Positions 44,682-54,664 of a stretch of DNA of 64,000 bases are shown here, piece by piece. The notes below the pieces were generated by a model that did no database searches, had not been told where the DNA came from, and was given only the letters and a program-made list of their open reading frames with translations. Every line of letters starts with the position of its first letter. The first letter of the stretch is position 1. Where the stretch lies: assembly GCA_041659325.1 (NCBI GenBank), contig JBAZYN010000002.1, forward strand, positions 64,513-128,512, in the 5' to 3' direction. The position numbers and the translations under genes were made by a program. This stretch comes from Candidatus Shapirobacteria bacterium. GTDB taxonomy: Bacteria; Patescibacteriota; Microgenomatia; UBA12405.

Positions 44682-47600
44682 ATGATGCCGAAAATAAAAT
44701 CAAAGCAGGTGATTTTATCGGTTCCCGGTATGCATTGCCCAACGTGCCCTAAATTGATTGCTTTGGGACTGAAAGATCAAAAGGGGGTTAATTCGGTAAC
44801 CGCTTCACTGGAAAAAAAACAAGTAATTGTCGATTTCGACCCTGCAAAAATTGAAATAACTGATTTGGTGGCTAATATAAAGGAATCGGGATATACGGCA
44901 ATTCCCCAGGGGAGCGAACCAGTTCCTGTTAAAAGTAGCGGACCATCAGAATTGCCCACGGAAGCTATGAACGGACCCCAAAAGGTGGATACACCGGCTA
45001 CCGTCTCTAATACTCAAGTGGCTCTGTTAAGTTTGAGTGGTATGCACTGTTCCAGCTGTGCCGGATTAATAGAAAGGTCGCTTAAAAAAGTCCCGGGGGT
45101 AAGTGAGACCAATGTTAATTTTGCCTCAGAAAAAGCCCGAATTGTTTATAACCCTTCCATTACTAAAGTCGAGGATTTAATCAAAGGGGTGGAATCGGCT
45201 GGTTATCATGCGTCACTTCCCGGGGAAAAAGAAACGAATCAAAAAGAAAAACGAGCTCATGAAATCCGGTATTGGCTTAAAAAATTAGTAATGGGTTTTA
45301 TTCTAAGTATTCCTATGATTTTATTTATGGCCTATGATTTTACTAATGCAATTCCTCTAAAGTCGGTAATCATGCCTTATGCCGGGATAATTTCGCTGGT
45401 ATTGACAACCCCCGTTCTTTTTTATGTTGGGGCTAATTTTTTTGCCGGGTTTTGGTCGGCGCTAAAGATGCGGACCTTCTCCATGGATTCCCTGATTGCG
45501 ATAGGTACCGGTACTGCTTTTGTTTATAGTATCTATGAATTCGTTAAATACCTGGTTGAAACCGGATCGGCTGTCGGACTTAATGGTACCAAGATTCCAA
45601 ACCTTTACTTTGAAGTGGCCGCATTCTTGGTCACGTTTGTGGCTCTGGGTAAATTCCTGGAAGCCAAAGCCAAAGGAAAAACCTCGGAAGCGATTGAAAA
45701 ACTAATGGGATTGGCGCCAAAAACAGCCCGGGTAATGCGCAACGGCCAACCAATCGACATTCCTGTCGAACAGGTAGTTGTGGGCGACACAATTGTGGTT
45801 CGTCCGGGGGAAAGGATTCCGGTTGACGGTGAGGTTATAAGCGGCTATTCTGCCGTGGATGAATCCATACTGACCGGGGAGTCCCTGCCGGTTGAAAAAC
45901 AAATTGGGTCTAAGGTTTACACAGCTTCGATTAATAAAACCGGTTCTTTCGAATTTAAAACTACCAAGGTCGGGGCCGATACAGCCTTAAGCCAGATAGT
46001 AAAACTAATCGAGGATGCTCAGGGCTCCAAGGCCCCAATCCAGGGTTTTGCTGATAAAATTTCCTCTATTTTTGTACCCACGGTGATCATCATTGCTTTT
46101 TTGACTTTTGTCACCTGGTACTTTTTACTCGGAGCTTCGCTGACTTTTTCACTTCTGGCTTTTGTGGCCGTCATCGTTATTGCCTGCCCTTGTGCCCTTG
46201 GATTGGCCACTCCAACATCTATTATGGTGGGGACAGGTAAAGGGGCCGAATACGGAGTTCTTATCAAGGGGGGTGAGCCTTTGGAAATGGCTGAAAAAAT
46301 AAAAGCGATTGTTTTTGACAAAACCGGGACTTTGACAAAAGGAAAACCCGAGGTGACCGACTTTATTAACTACCTGCCTACCGGTCAAGCAGGCCTCCCG
46401 GGTGATCAGTCGGTACTCTCAATTTTGTACTCGATTGAACAAAAATCAGAGCATCCTTTGGCAGAAGCTATTGTCCGTTATGGACAAAACAACGGAGCAA
46501 TAAATTTTGCCGTTGATGATTTTTTGGCAATTCCCGGGCATGGAGTCAGGGCGATAGTTAACGGTCAAGTTTATTTTGTGGGAAACCGGAAACTACTTGA
46601 AGTCAACAGGATTCCGCTGACCTCCGGCTATGATATGGAGCGACTGGAGAACGACGGTAAAACGGCAATGGTAATTGCCAACAAAGAAAGAGTGCTTGGA
46701 TTAATTGCGGTGGCTGATCAGGTTAAGGAGTCTTCTGCCTCAGTGGTCTCTAAATTGGCCAATATGGGCATAGAAGTTTATATGATTACGGGGGATAACC
46801 GCCGGACTGCTGAGGCTATCGCCCGACAGGTGGGAATTACTAAAGTTTTGGCAGAGGTTTTGCCTCAGAATAAGGCAGAAGAGGTCAAAAAACTTCAAGA
46901 CAAGGGCCTTAAGGTGGCCATGGTGGGAGATGGGATAAATGACGCTCCGGCTCTTATTCAGGCAGATTTGGGGATGGCAATGGCAAGTGGGGCTGATATC
47001 GCCATGGAGTCGGGTGGTATTGTGATTATGTCTAATGACTTAAACGGAGTTTTAACGGCTATAAGCTTATCCCGTGAAACCGTCGGGAAAATTCGCCAAA
47101 ATATGTTTTTCGCCCTCTTTTATAATGTTTTGGGTATACCGATTGCGGCGCGGGCATTGGCTTTTATGGGACTAATTCTTAAACCTGAACTAGCCGGATT
47201 GGCCATGGCTTTGTCCTCGGTGTCGGTAGTTACCAATTCTTTGACTCTGAAATTTTTCAAGCCCGGTAAATTCAATTGGATTTCCCGTTTGGCGCCCTTT
47301 GTTATGGTGATAGTTTTTGTGGGTGTTTTTATTGAATTTGCCAGATTTTCTTCCCAAATGGGAGGGACGCAAGTAGAGGCCAGATCCGGATTGGCGGCAT
47401 ATGTTCAGGAACAACCGGAAGTTAGAACAATAATAAACCGCGTGCTTATCGAAAATTCTTCAAAGATTGCGTTTGACGGAAATTTCCCAAAACTGTTTTT
47501 GGGGGTAGATGTGTTAGCCGAATCGATTAGACTCTCTGAAGGTTCATCGGATATTTCGGGAGAAGGGAGCGTGGTTTTGGGGGCTAAAGAGGCGGCAATG

Positions 47601-48104
47601 ATGAAGGAAGAAGGTCTTATTAAAGGCATCGGCTCTGAAATACCCGATTTCTTTGGACTACCAAAAATAAAAGTCGTTGGCATATTAGCACCGACCGGAA
47701 CCATTTTGGATGAATACCATATTTTTAACAAAGCCAACTTTGATGGTTTGACAAAAGCCAATAATGATCTATTGGTTGCCGAAACCCCCTTGGAAGACCT
47801 AAAACTTTTCTATTTTTATGATGGAAATAATATTCCCCAATCCTTGAATACACTAATTAACCCGGCCAAGACTACCTATATTATTGATGGGGTTGAGTAC
47901 CTTTCGACCTACGTTGGCTATGATGAGGCCAGAATGATGATGGCAGAGAAACTAATTCAAAAAAAGTTTGACATTATTAAGGGGTTCTTTGGCAACAATA
48001 TTATCATTGCCGGACTGCCAAAAAAGACACTGACCAGTCTGGACATGATGCACTTTGTACCAAAAATCTTTAAAAATAATTATCAAACTCTAATTAACAA
48101 ATAA
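44682..48104 (+). CDS. copA: copper-translocating P-type ATPase with two N-terminal HMA domains and an about 275-aa C-terminal extension
   Basis: MHCPTC and MHCSSC motifs, CPC in TM6, DKTGT, GDGIND; the core ends at about aa 860 ([13 protein letters not shown]), followed by an extra domain of unknown function. Confidence 0.9.
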   Translation: MMPKIKSKQVILSVPGMHCPTCPKLIALGLKDQKGVNSVTASLEKKQVIVDFDPAKIEITDLVANIKESGYTAIPQGSEPVPVKSSGPSELPTEAMNGPQKVDTPATVSNTQVALLSLSGMHCSSCAGLIERSLKKVPGVSETNVNFASEKARIVYNPSITKVEDLIKGVESAGYHASLPGEKETNQKEKRAHEIRYWLKKLVMGFILSIPMILFMAYDFTNAIPLKSVIMPYAGIISLVLTTPVLFYVGANFFAGFWSALKMRTFSMDSLIAIGTGTAFVYSIYEFVKYLVETGSAVGLNGTKIPNLYFEVAAFLVTFVALGKFLEAKAKGKTSEAIEKLMGLAPKTARVMRNGQPIDIPVEQVVVGDTIVVRPGERIPVDGEVISGYSAVDESILTGESLPVEKQIGSKVYTASINKTGSFEFKTTKVGADTALSQIVKLIEDAQGSKAPIQGFADKISSIFVPTVIIIAFLTFVTWYFLLGASLTFSLLAFVAVIVIACPCALGLATPTSIMVGTGKGAEYGVLIKGGEPLEMAEKIKAIVFDKTGTLTKGKPEVTDFINYLPTGQAGLPGDQSVLSILYSIEQKSEHPLAEAIVRYGQNNGAINFAVDDFLAIPGHGVRAIVNGQVYFVGNRKLLEVNRIPLTSGYDMERLENDGKTAMVIANKERVLGLIAVADQVKESSASVVSKLANMGIEVYMITGDNRRTAEAIARQVGITKVLAEVLPQNKAEEVKKLQDKGLKVAMVGDGINDAPALIQADLGMAMASGADIAMESGGIVIMSNDLNGVLTAISLSRETVGKIRQNMFFALFYNVLGIPIAARALAFMGLILKPELAGLAMALSSVSVVTNSLTLKFFKPGKFNWISRLAPFVMVIVFVGVFIEFARFSSQMGGTQVEARSGLAAYVQEQPEVRTIINRVLIENSSKIAFDGNFPKLFLGVDVLAESIRLSEGSSDISGEGSVVLGAKEAAMMKEEGLIKGIGSEIPDFFGLPKIKVVGILAPTGTILDEYHIFNKANFDGLTKANNDLLVAETPLEDLKLFYFYDGNNIPQSLNTLINPAKTTYIIDGVEYLSTYVGYDEARMMMAEKLIQKKFDIIKGFFGNNIIIAGLPKKTLTSLDMMHFVPKIFKNNYQTLINK

Positions 48105-48109
48105 AAAAT

Positions 48110-48478
48110 ATGAAAATTACTTATATATTCTTTTTGTTAGCGGCGATTGCTATCGGCGGATTTGTTTTGTCTCACTCTTTTGAGAAAGCAGAGTCGGTTG
48201 GTCCTGTCCAAGTAGTAAAAGCCACCTACGGCCCACCGTTTGGGTTTGTCCCTATCCAGATGACGGTTAAGGCGGGTCAGCCCGTCAGGTTGGAGGTAGA
48301 AGCGACCGAGGACGGTCGGGGCTGTATGGGCAGCATTACTATACCAAGACTAAACAACCAAATTCAGTCATTTAAAAAAGGCCAGGTTAATGTTTTTGAA
48401 TTCACTCCTCAAACCCCCGGAACATATCCCGTCACTTGTGCTATGGGTATCCCCCATGGGGACATAATAGTCAGATAA
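48110..48478 (+). CDS. secreted cupredoxin-like small protein
   Basis: Signal-anchor N-terminus; shares a C..G......F.P..PG.Y...C.MG pattern with the C-terminus of ORF 42901. Confidence 0.45.
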   Translation: MKITYIFFLLAAIAIGGFVLSHSFEKAESVGPVQVVKATYGPPFGFVPIQMTVKAGQPVRLEVEATEDGRGCMGSITIPRLNNQIQSFKKGQVNVFEFTPQTPGTYPVTCAMGIPHGDIIVR

Positions 48479-48488
48479 GATTGGCTGA

Positions 48489-48572
48489 AGAATTGCAGGG
48501 ATGGCGATGTCTTTGAGTAGTGTTTCGGTGGTAAGTAATTCGCTGAGACTGAAGTGGAAAAATTTGGATTAA
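48489..48572 (+). pseudogene. orphan fragment encoding a P-type ATPase C-terminus (RIAGMAMSLSSVSVVSNSLRLKWKNLD*)
   Basis: 27 codons strongly similar to CopA TM8 ([21 protein letters not shown]), preceded by an in-frame TGA. Confidence 0.55.
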
Positions 48573-48629
48573 AACCTATAGGGACTTTGAGGTAAAATGA
48601 GATTAATTAGCTTGTTTATTATGATTTCA

Positions 48630-49322
48630 CTAATCAAATCTGGCGTTTTGTTTTAACTCCCGAACTTGGCTGACAATGTCGGGAATGAGGGCTCTGGCTA
48701 TCGACTCAAGATGATCCCCCCTACCTATATTGTGGAAATTTTCATTTTTTATCCAAGACGGATGGGAGGCTTGTTGAGGGACAACAGTATCATCCGGAGA
48801 ATTGTAAGCACTAATTTTTTCAGGTAAGTGAAGGGCTTCTATGACCTCTTGAGTGAGATTTTTAGTTAAAAATCTGGCAACTTGTTCAAAACCGGGGCTT
48901 GTAGTGGTTAGATGGGATAAGTCCAGGCTATTTAAATCAGGGTTTAATAAACCAGAAACTGAATAACCGTGGCGGATTTTGTGGTGGTATTCCGGCGTGA
49001 GCAAGTAAGCCATCATCAAGGCCGCGCCGGCGCTTACTGCAACGACTAGGGGTTGTTTTCCTCCGTCGATGGCTTCTTGAACGACGATATCCAGACGTCT
49101 GGCTTTTTCATCCAAATCTTCATCAGTCCTCCACCGAGGATCAAAAACTTTGACATCAAAAACCTTGTCCATGGTATTGACAATAGTATTGACAATGCCC
49201 TCGGGAAGGTCTTCTAATCCATCTTATCCACGTATAAGAATTACTTCTACCTGGTTTCTGTCGGCTTCCCGATTTTCCTGACCAAATAATCTTGACGGAT
49301 CAAAGCCAATAAATTCAGGCAT
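48630..49322 (-). pseudogene. alpha/beta hydrolase (YdeN/RBBP9-like) interrupted by an in-frame TAA
   Basis: The ATG at 49322 opens MPEFIGF...VEVILIRG, then TAA (top-strand 49224-49226) falls at the HG[YW]GG-motif position, then the frame continues into VAVSAGAAL (GxSxG-like). Confidence 0.5.
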
Positions 49323-49370
49323 ATGAGATTGTAACAGGAAAAGTGGGATTAGATGAAAAAATAGAGATGT

Positions 49371-50006
49371 TTATTTATTGATTTTTCGTGCAATAATAGC
49401 CTCGACAAAATGTACCGTTTCCTCCAGTTTTCCGTCGTAGTTTATAACCATTTGATCTATATATTCACCCCTGACAGACATCCAGGTTTCCCAGTCTACC
49501 CTAAGCCTGTCTATAAGCTGACGGCGACCGCCTTGGTCTCTGGCGGCTCTACGGCGCATTAGAGTCCATAGGTCAGGAGTCCCGATAAAAACTTTGGTCA
49601 TACGGGGAATGATTACTTTAGCCAGATCGGGAGCATGCTTCTCGAGCATAGCTCCATAATTAGCGGCGGCGACAGGATCAACTCTTAAAATCATATTGCC
49701 ACCGTTCGCAACCTGTTCAATTTGACTGCGCCTAAGACCTTTTCGGTCACCATAGTATTGGGCATATTCGACAAAGTCCCCTTCTTCTATCCCCTGGAGA
49801 AATTGGTCACGAGTCTCAAAAAAATAATCAATACCATCAACCTCGGTTAGATTGCCAGAAGAATCCCGACGAGGTGGTCTGGTGGTACTGGTGACTAAAA
49901 ATTTATATTCAGGATTTCTACGACGAAATCCGTCAACAACAGCATCTTTGCCTACCCCGGAGGGCCCGGTGATTATTAGCAAGTGGCCTTCGGGTGTACG
50001 ATTCAT
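49371..50006 (-). CDS. gmk: guanylate kinase
   Basis: P-loop GPSGVGK and TTRPPR...DG.DYFF motif; GC clearly higher than its neighbours. Confidence 0.85.
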   Translation of the reverse strand: MNRTPEGHLLIITGPSGVGKDAVVDGFRRRNPEYKFLVTSTTRPPRRDSSGNLTEVDGIDYFFETRDQFLQGIEEGDFVEYAQYYGDRKGLRRSQIEQVANGGNMILRVDPVAAANYGAMLEKHAPDLAKVIIPRMTKVFIGTPDLWTLMRRRAARDQGGRRQLIDRLRVDWETWMSVRGEYIDQMVINYDGKLEETVHFVEAIIARKINK

Positions 50007-50053
50007 TGGTCGATTATATTACAAAAAAAAGATTGTGGGGGTAAAATGAGGTA

Positions 50054-50695
50054 ATGAAGAAAATTATGGGAATAGGTTTAATCTTGGTCATTGGAATAAT
50101 GGCCGGGGGATGTTTGCAAAAAGAGACAGGTACGGCAGAGGGGGCAAAAAACGTACCCAAACCTCAGGAGAGAAGCGGAAATTGCACGGAAGAAGCGGTG
50201 GAAATTGAAGGATATGGAGACAAGGGCAAGAGGCTTAATAATTGTTTTGTAGAATACCCCGGCGAGCCATCTCGAGAAGATAAAAGTTATTATATAGTGG
50301 AGGATATTTGCGGACAGTTTACCAGGGAATTTGTGGAGAATAAGTTGGGAAAAACGATAACCAGAATCGAGCCGTCAGATATTGGCGGACTTTATAATTG
50401 TCGGTATTTTCTAAACGAAAGCGATGAGTATGTGGTGATATCCCTGGAATATTTAACAATTGAAAACCAAAAGAAGGGCCATGAATCAATGGGGAGAAAG
50501 ACAGAGACGAGCGAAAAAATTCCGATGAGAAACTTGTTGGTATGGCAGGAGGATGGAGCGCTCAACAGTCTTTATTTGGTACTGGGTGATGAGAAGTTTA
50601 TCTCTATCGGCAGATCTCCCGACTCGGGGTTGACGGCAGATGAGCTGATTGGTTTAGCAGCAGAGATAGCATTAGAGATAAAAAATTATAAATAA
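50054..50695 (+). CDS. hypothetical lipoprotein
   Basis: Signal peptide with lipobox AGGC. Confidence 0.4.
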   Translation: MKKIMGIGLILVIGIMAGGCLQKETGTAEGAKNVPKPQERSGNCTEEAVEIEGYGDKGKRLNNCFVEYPGEPSREDKSYYIVEDICGQFTREFVENKLGKTITRIEPSDIGGLYNCRYFLNESDEYVVISLEYLTIENQKKGHESMGRKTETSEKIPMRNLLVWQEDGALNSLYLVLGDEKFISIGRSPDSGLTADELIGLAAEIALEIKNYK

Positions 50696-50897
50696 AGAGA
50701 CGGATAGCTTTTAGACAAAAGCTAGTCGAGTTTCAAGGATTGTTTGGGTTGATGCCAAAAGCTGGCTGATTTTCCATATATATTTCAGGCACGGATTTGA
50801 TACATTGCAATTGGACGGAATAATTATATGCTTGCTTTTACATAGATTTTTTTGAGAGAAATTAGATTAACAATTTAAAAAATAAAACAAGAAAAAA

Positions 50898-52175
50898 ATG
50901 AAATTTTTGTTCATTTCGAAGGAGGCATTAATCTCGGATATTGCCTGGCAAATTATCAAGGAAGGGCACGAAGCGAAGTATTTTATTGAAGAAAAGAGCG
51001 AGCAGGAAATCGGGGACGGGTTTGTACCAAAGACCAACAACTGGGAAAAAGAGGTTAAGTGGGCGGATGTAATTGTCTTTGATGACGTTTTGGGACAGGG
51101 GAAGATTGCTCATGAACTGAGAGAGCGGGGTAAAAAAGTAATCGGGGGAACGCATTATACAGACAGACTGGAGGATGACCGCTCGTTTGGACAGGAAGAA
51201 TTAAAAAGGCACAAGGTAAACATTCTTCCCTACCAGGATTTTTTTAGCTTTGATGAGGCGATTGATTATGTACAGAAAAATCCTGACGAGTATGTGATTA
51301 AGCCATGCGGAGAGGCAGCAAACATTAAGCGGTTACTGTTTGTGGGGATGGAGAAGGATGGCGGCGATGTAGTGAGAGTACTGCAATCATATAAAAAAGT
51401 ATGGTCAGAAGAAATAAAACAATTTCAGCTACAAAAGAGGGTGACAGGGGTAGAGGTGGCGGTTGGGGCTTTTTTTAACGGCCACAAGTTTATTAAACCA
51501 ATAAATATAAATTTTGAACACAAGAAATTGTTTCCGGGGAATATCGGACCGGCAACAGGAGAGATGGGAACCAGTATGTTTTGGAGTGATGGGAACAAAC
51601 TTTTTGATAACACCTTGCTAAAAATGGAACCAACATTGGCAAAAGAAGGTTATGTAGGATATATCGATTTAAACTGTATAGTAAACGGAAACGGGATCTA
51701 CCCGCTGGAATTTACATCAAGATTCGGATATCCGACTATCAGCATTCAATATGATTCGATGATTACGCCAATCGGCCAATTTTTCTATGATTTGGCAAAC
51801 GGCAAAGACATTGATTTGAAGGTGAGAAAAGGATTTCAGGTGGGGGTAAGAGTAGTGGTCCCCCCTTATCCATTTAGAGACAAAAAAACCTTTAATTCTT
51901 ATTCCAAAAAAGCAACTATTGTCTTTAAAAAAATGGATCACTATGAGGGGATTCACATCGAGGACGTAAAAATAGTTAAAGGGGAATGGGTGGTGACGGG
52001 AGGCTCGGGAGTGGCGCTGATCGTGGTGGGGACGGGGTTGACGATGAGAGATGCCCAGAGGCAGGCATATGGAAGAATCGATAACATCCTAATACCAAAT
52101 ATGTATTATCGAAAAGATATCGGAGACCGATGGTACGAAGAAGGCGATAAGCTTTTGATGTGGGGAGTGATATAA
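50898..52175 (+). CDS. phosphoribosylamine-glycine ligase-like ATP-grasp protein
   Basis: GPATGEMG (compare PurD GPNTGGMG), ATP-grasp layout, N-terminal ALISDIAWQI resembles PurD ALAWKL. Confidence 0.5.
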   Translation: MKFLFISKEALISDIAWQIIKEGHEAKYFIEEKSEQEIGDGFVPKTNNWEKEVKWADVIVFDDVLGQGKIAHELRERGKKVIGGTHYTDRLEDDRSFGQEELKRHKVNILPYQDFFSFDEAIDYVQKNPDEYVIKPCGEAANIKRLLFVGMEKDGGDVVRVLQSYKKVWSEEIKQFQLQKRVTGVEVAVGAFFNGHKFIKPININFEHKKLFPGNIGPATGEMGTSMFWSDGNKLFDNTLLKMEPTLAKEGYVGYIDLNCIVNGNGIYPLEFTSRFGYPTISIQYDSMITPIGQFFYDLANGKDIDLKVRKGFQVGVRVVVPPYPFRDKKTFNSYSKKATIVFKKMDHYEGIHIEDVKIVKGEWVVTGGSGVALIVVGTGLTMRDAQRQAYGRIDNILIPNMYYRKDIGDRWYEEGDKLLMWGVI

Positions 52176-52194
52176 AAAACCGACTGTTAAACCA

Positions 52195-52225
52195 AAAAGC
52201 CCCGTCTTGGACGGGGCTTTTTTAG
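52195..52225. terminator. bidirectional rho-independent terminator
   Basis: AAAAAGCCCCGTC-TTGG-ACGGGGCTTTTTT between convergent genes. Confidence 0.75.
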
Positions 52226-52266
52226 TTCAATTCTAATCCTTATGTTAGAGCCGGGGTCGAAACTGG

Positions 52267-54312
52267 CTATCTGACGACCACAGTTTTTCTGATTACAGCA
52301 GCGGCGTAGTCAAAGATAGTGGTAGCAGGGACCCGATAGTTTTTGATGGAGGCCTGATCACCGACTTCAACCATGACGACATAGGTGCTACCAATTTCGG
52401 CGGTGGTCGGGATTGTCCAGGTACGACTGTTTATAGAGCCTGCTTTGCCCAAATCACCGGCGTTTTCTGCAGTGACGTTGCTTTTGTAGACTTCGATTTC
52501 TACCGGCTTGTAGCGATCGTAACAACTCATAGCATAGACTCCGTCACCATCGGTGGCGCCCCAGACTTTGTAGGTAACACCCTTTAGCAGTCTTGGCCTG
52601 ACATCAAAGTCAAAGTCAATCTTTCTGGTGTTGTTGGTAACCAGCATTGACCTTTGGCCCCCCTTGGAACAAGCGACCGGGTTGGTCGGGAGGTTGTACA
52701 TGTGATGAGCCTCATTGGGCCTGGAATCAAGATCGTAGTTATTGTCGGAGACTAAGCCGGCGCTATCGGTAATGATGACGTGGGCGCTCCAGGCAGCTGA
52801 GCTAGCATTTTTGAAAGGAATGCTTAAGCTCGAAACGACCATGTCTTGGGTAGGAACAATAGTACCGATCTGGGTCCAGTATTGATTGGACATCTTTTTG
52901 ACCGGATATAGTTTACTGCCATCATGATTGGCACAGCCGTAACCGATGGCTACAGCCAAAGAGTCGATGGCATCCTGCCTGTAGTAATTAAAACGGTAGG
53001 TTAATGGCGCATGAGTAGAAACACCATTAGCCTTGAGGGTAATGGTTTCACCGGGGGCCGGATTCTCGTTGCTAACGGTAAAATCGGTAACCCTAACGAG
53101 ACGGTCACAGGAGCTACAGCAGCCTGCCCCTATCGGTAAGTAACTACACTTGACATCGCCACCGTTTGACATGTCCGGCTCTCTATATGACATAGTGCAT
53201 TTACAGTCTTCACAAACCGGATACTTTGGCGGCGGGGGCGTGGGAGTCTTTGTCGGAGTTATGGTGGTCCTGGGAATGGTGGGAGTAACGGTGGTGGGAG
53301 AACACACACAGGCCGGATAATCAGGACAGCTTCGATTTCGACATCGCATGGTACCAGTAACGGTATCGGTGTAACAATGACCAGTGGAACATTGGGCATC
53401 GTAACTACAAGATGCGTTACAACTTAATTTGGTAGTCGGAGGTGTGGGAGTCTTTGTCGGGGTGATGGTTGTAGGACAGCTACAAGCGGTGTAATCCGGA
53501 CAACTTCGATTACGACATCGCTTGGTGCCGGTGATGGTGTCGGTATAACAGTAGCCAGTGGAGCATTGGGCATCGGAACTACAAGACTGATTACAGCCAA
53601 CCTGACACTGACAGTCTGCGTAATCCGGACAATTTCGATTTCGACAAACCATAGCACCAACGATTGGATCGATAGCACAATAGCCGGTGGAACATTGGGC
53701 GTCGGCACTACAAGATGCGCTGCAACTTAATTTGGTGGTGGGAGGAGTAGGAGTGGAGGTAACGGTGGTGGTACCACTACAAGTGGCGCTGTCCCACTTA
53801 CAACCTTTTTTGGCACAACTCCAGCCATTACCACTGGCATCAACCTGATAAACTCCACATTTGACACTTGAAGTAAGACTGTATTTTCCGGGACCATAAC
53901 TTTTGGTGGTAGTGGCACAGCCGACACCCTGCTGGGCGTCTGCCTGACACTGCTCTTTGGTTTTGCCCGGATAATATTCCTGCTTACAGTTGGCGATAGC
54001 AAGATTGACGGTACCACCAGTAACAGTAAAGCTGTCACAATTACCGGTGATGGTAACTCCACTTGTAGAAGTATTACATTGACACTTACCGCTTATCCAG
54101 GCGCAACCGCTACCGGCATGGGACCAACAGTTGGACTCAGAGGTGGCACCATCACAAGTCGTCGAAACACAACCCGCGGCGAGATTACGGGTGTCTTGAT
54201 TTGATTGAGACAGTTTTGTGGCGATGGGGATGGCCAGAGCCATGATAACCAGACCAATTATTAGCGGGATTTGTGTTAAACCAAATTGATTGAATAGATT
54301 TTTTATCTTCAT
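52267..54312 (-). CDS. large Cys- and Thr-rich surface/secreted protein with three approximately 45-aa cysteine-knot-like repeats and TPTPPTTK linkers
   Basis: N-terminal signal-anchor; repeats CSxDAQCSTGYCxxDxxxGxxRCRNRSCPDYxxCxC three times; C-terminal beta-rich approximately 330-aa domain. Confidence 0.55.
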   Translation of the reverse strand: MKIKNLFNQFGLTQIPLIIGLVIMALAIPIATKLSQSNQDTRNLAAGCVSTTCDGATSESNCWSHAGSGCAWISGKCQCNTSTSGVTITGNCDSFTVTGGTVNLAIANCKQEYYPGKTKEQCQADAQQGVGCATTTKSYGPGKYSLTSSVKCGVYQVDASGNGWSCAKKGCKWDSATCSGTTTVTSTPTPPTTKLSCSASCSADAQCSTGYCAIDPIVGAMVCRNRNCPDYADCQCQVGCNQSCSSDAQCSTGYCYTDTITGTKRCRNRSCPDYTACSCPTTITPTKTPTPPTTKLSCNASCSYDAQCSTGHCYTDTVTGTMRCRNRSCPDYPACVCSPTTVTPTIPRTTITPTKTPTPPPPKYPVCEDCKCTMSYREPDMSNGGDVKCSYLPIGAGCCSSCDRLVRVTDFTVSNENPAPGETITLKANGVSTHAPLTYRFNYYRQDAIDSLAVAIGYGCANHDGSKLYPVKKMSNQYWTQIGTIVPTQDMVVSSLSIPFKNASSAAWSAHVIITDSAGLVSDNNYDLDSRPNEAHHMYNLPTNPVACSKGGQRSMLVTNNTRKIDFDFDVRPRLLKGVTYKVWGATDGDGVYAMSCYDRYKPVEIEVYKSNVTAENAGDLGKAGSINSRTWTIPTTAEIGSTYVVMVEVGDQASIKNYRVPATTIFDYAAAVIRKTVVVR

Positions 54313-54472
54313 AGTTTAATACTATGACGATTTGATATTTAGTGTCAAGGACTTGGATTGGCGAATAATGCTGAGATATCAAAAAAATTGAAAGCGACCG
54401 TTTTTTGATTTTGTTAGTGGACAATTTAGTGATTATATATGATGCCTTATGAGATATAATTATTATTAATAT

Positions 54473-54664
54473 ATGAGATCGATAGTAAACATATCAATGC
54501 CAAAACAGTTGGTTGAGGCGGTCGAGGAAGGAGTAGCCCAGGGGGGATATGCTAGCAAAAGTGAATTTTTCAGGATGCTTGTAAAGCAGTGGCTAAAAAG
54601 AAGGTCAAGACAGGGGAGCAGTAAATACTCGGCCGGGATAAAGGTAAGAAGTTTAAGGGGGTAG
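54473..54664 (+). CDS. ribbon-helix-helix (CopG-family) small DNA-binding protein
   Basis: 63 aa, beta-strand then two helices, typical of ribbon-helix-helix antitoxin/regulator proteins. Confidence 0.4.
   Translation: MRSIVNISMPKQLVEAVEEGVAQGGYASKSEFFRMLVKQWLKRRSRQGSSKYSAGIKVRSLRG

Noticed and set aside
52267-54312. Type IV pilin-like N-terminus in the Cys-rich protein
   Set aside because: The N-terminus FGLTQIPLIIGLVIMALAIP lacks the G-F-T-L-I-E prepilin motif, with no Glu at +5. It is treated as an ordinary signal-anchor.
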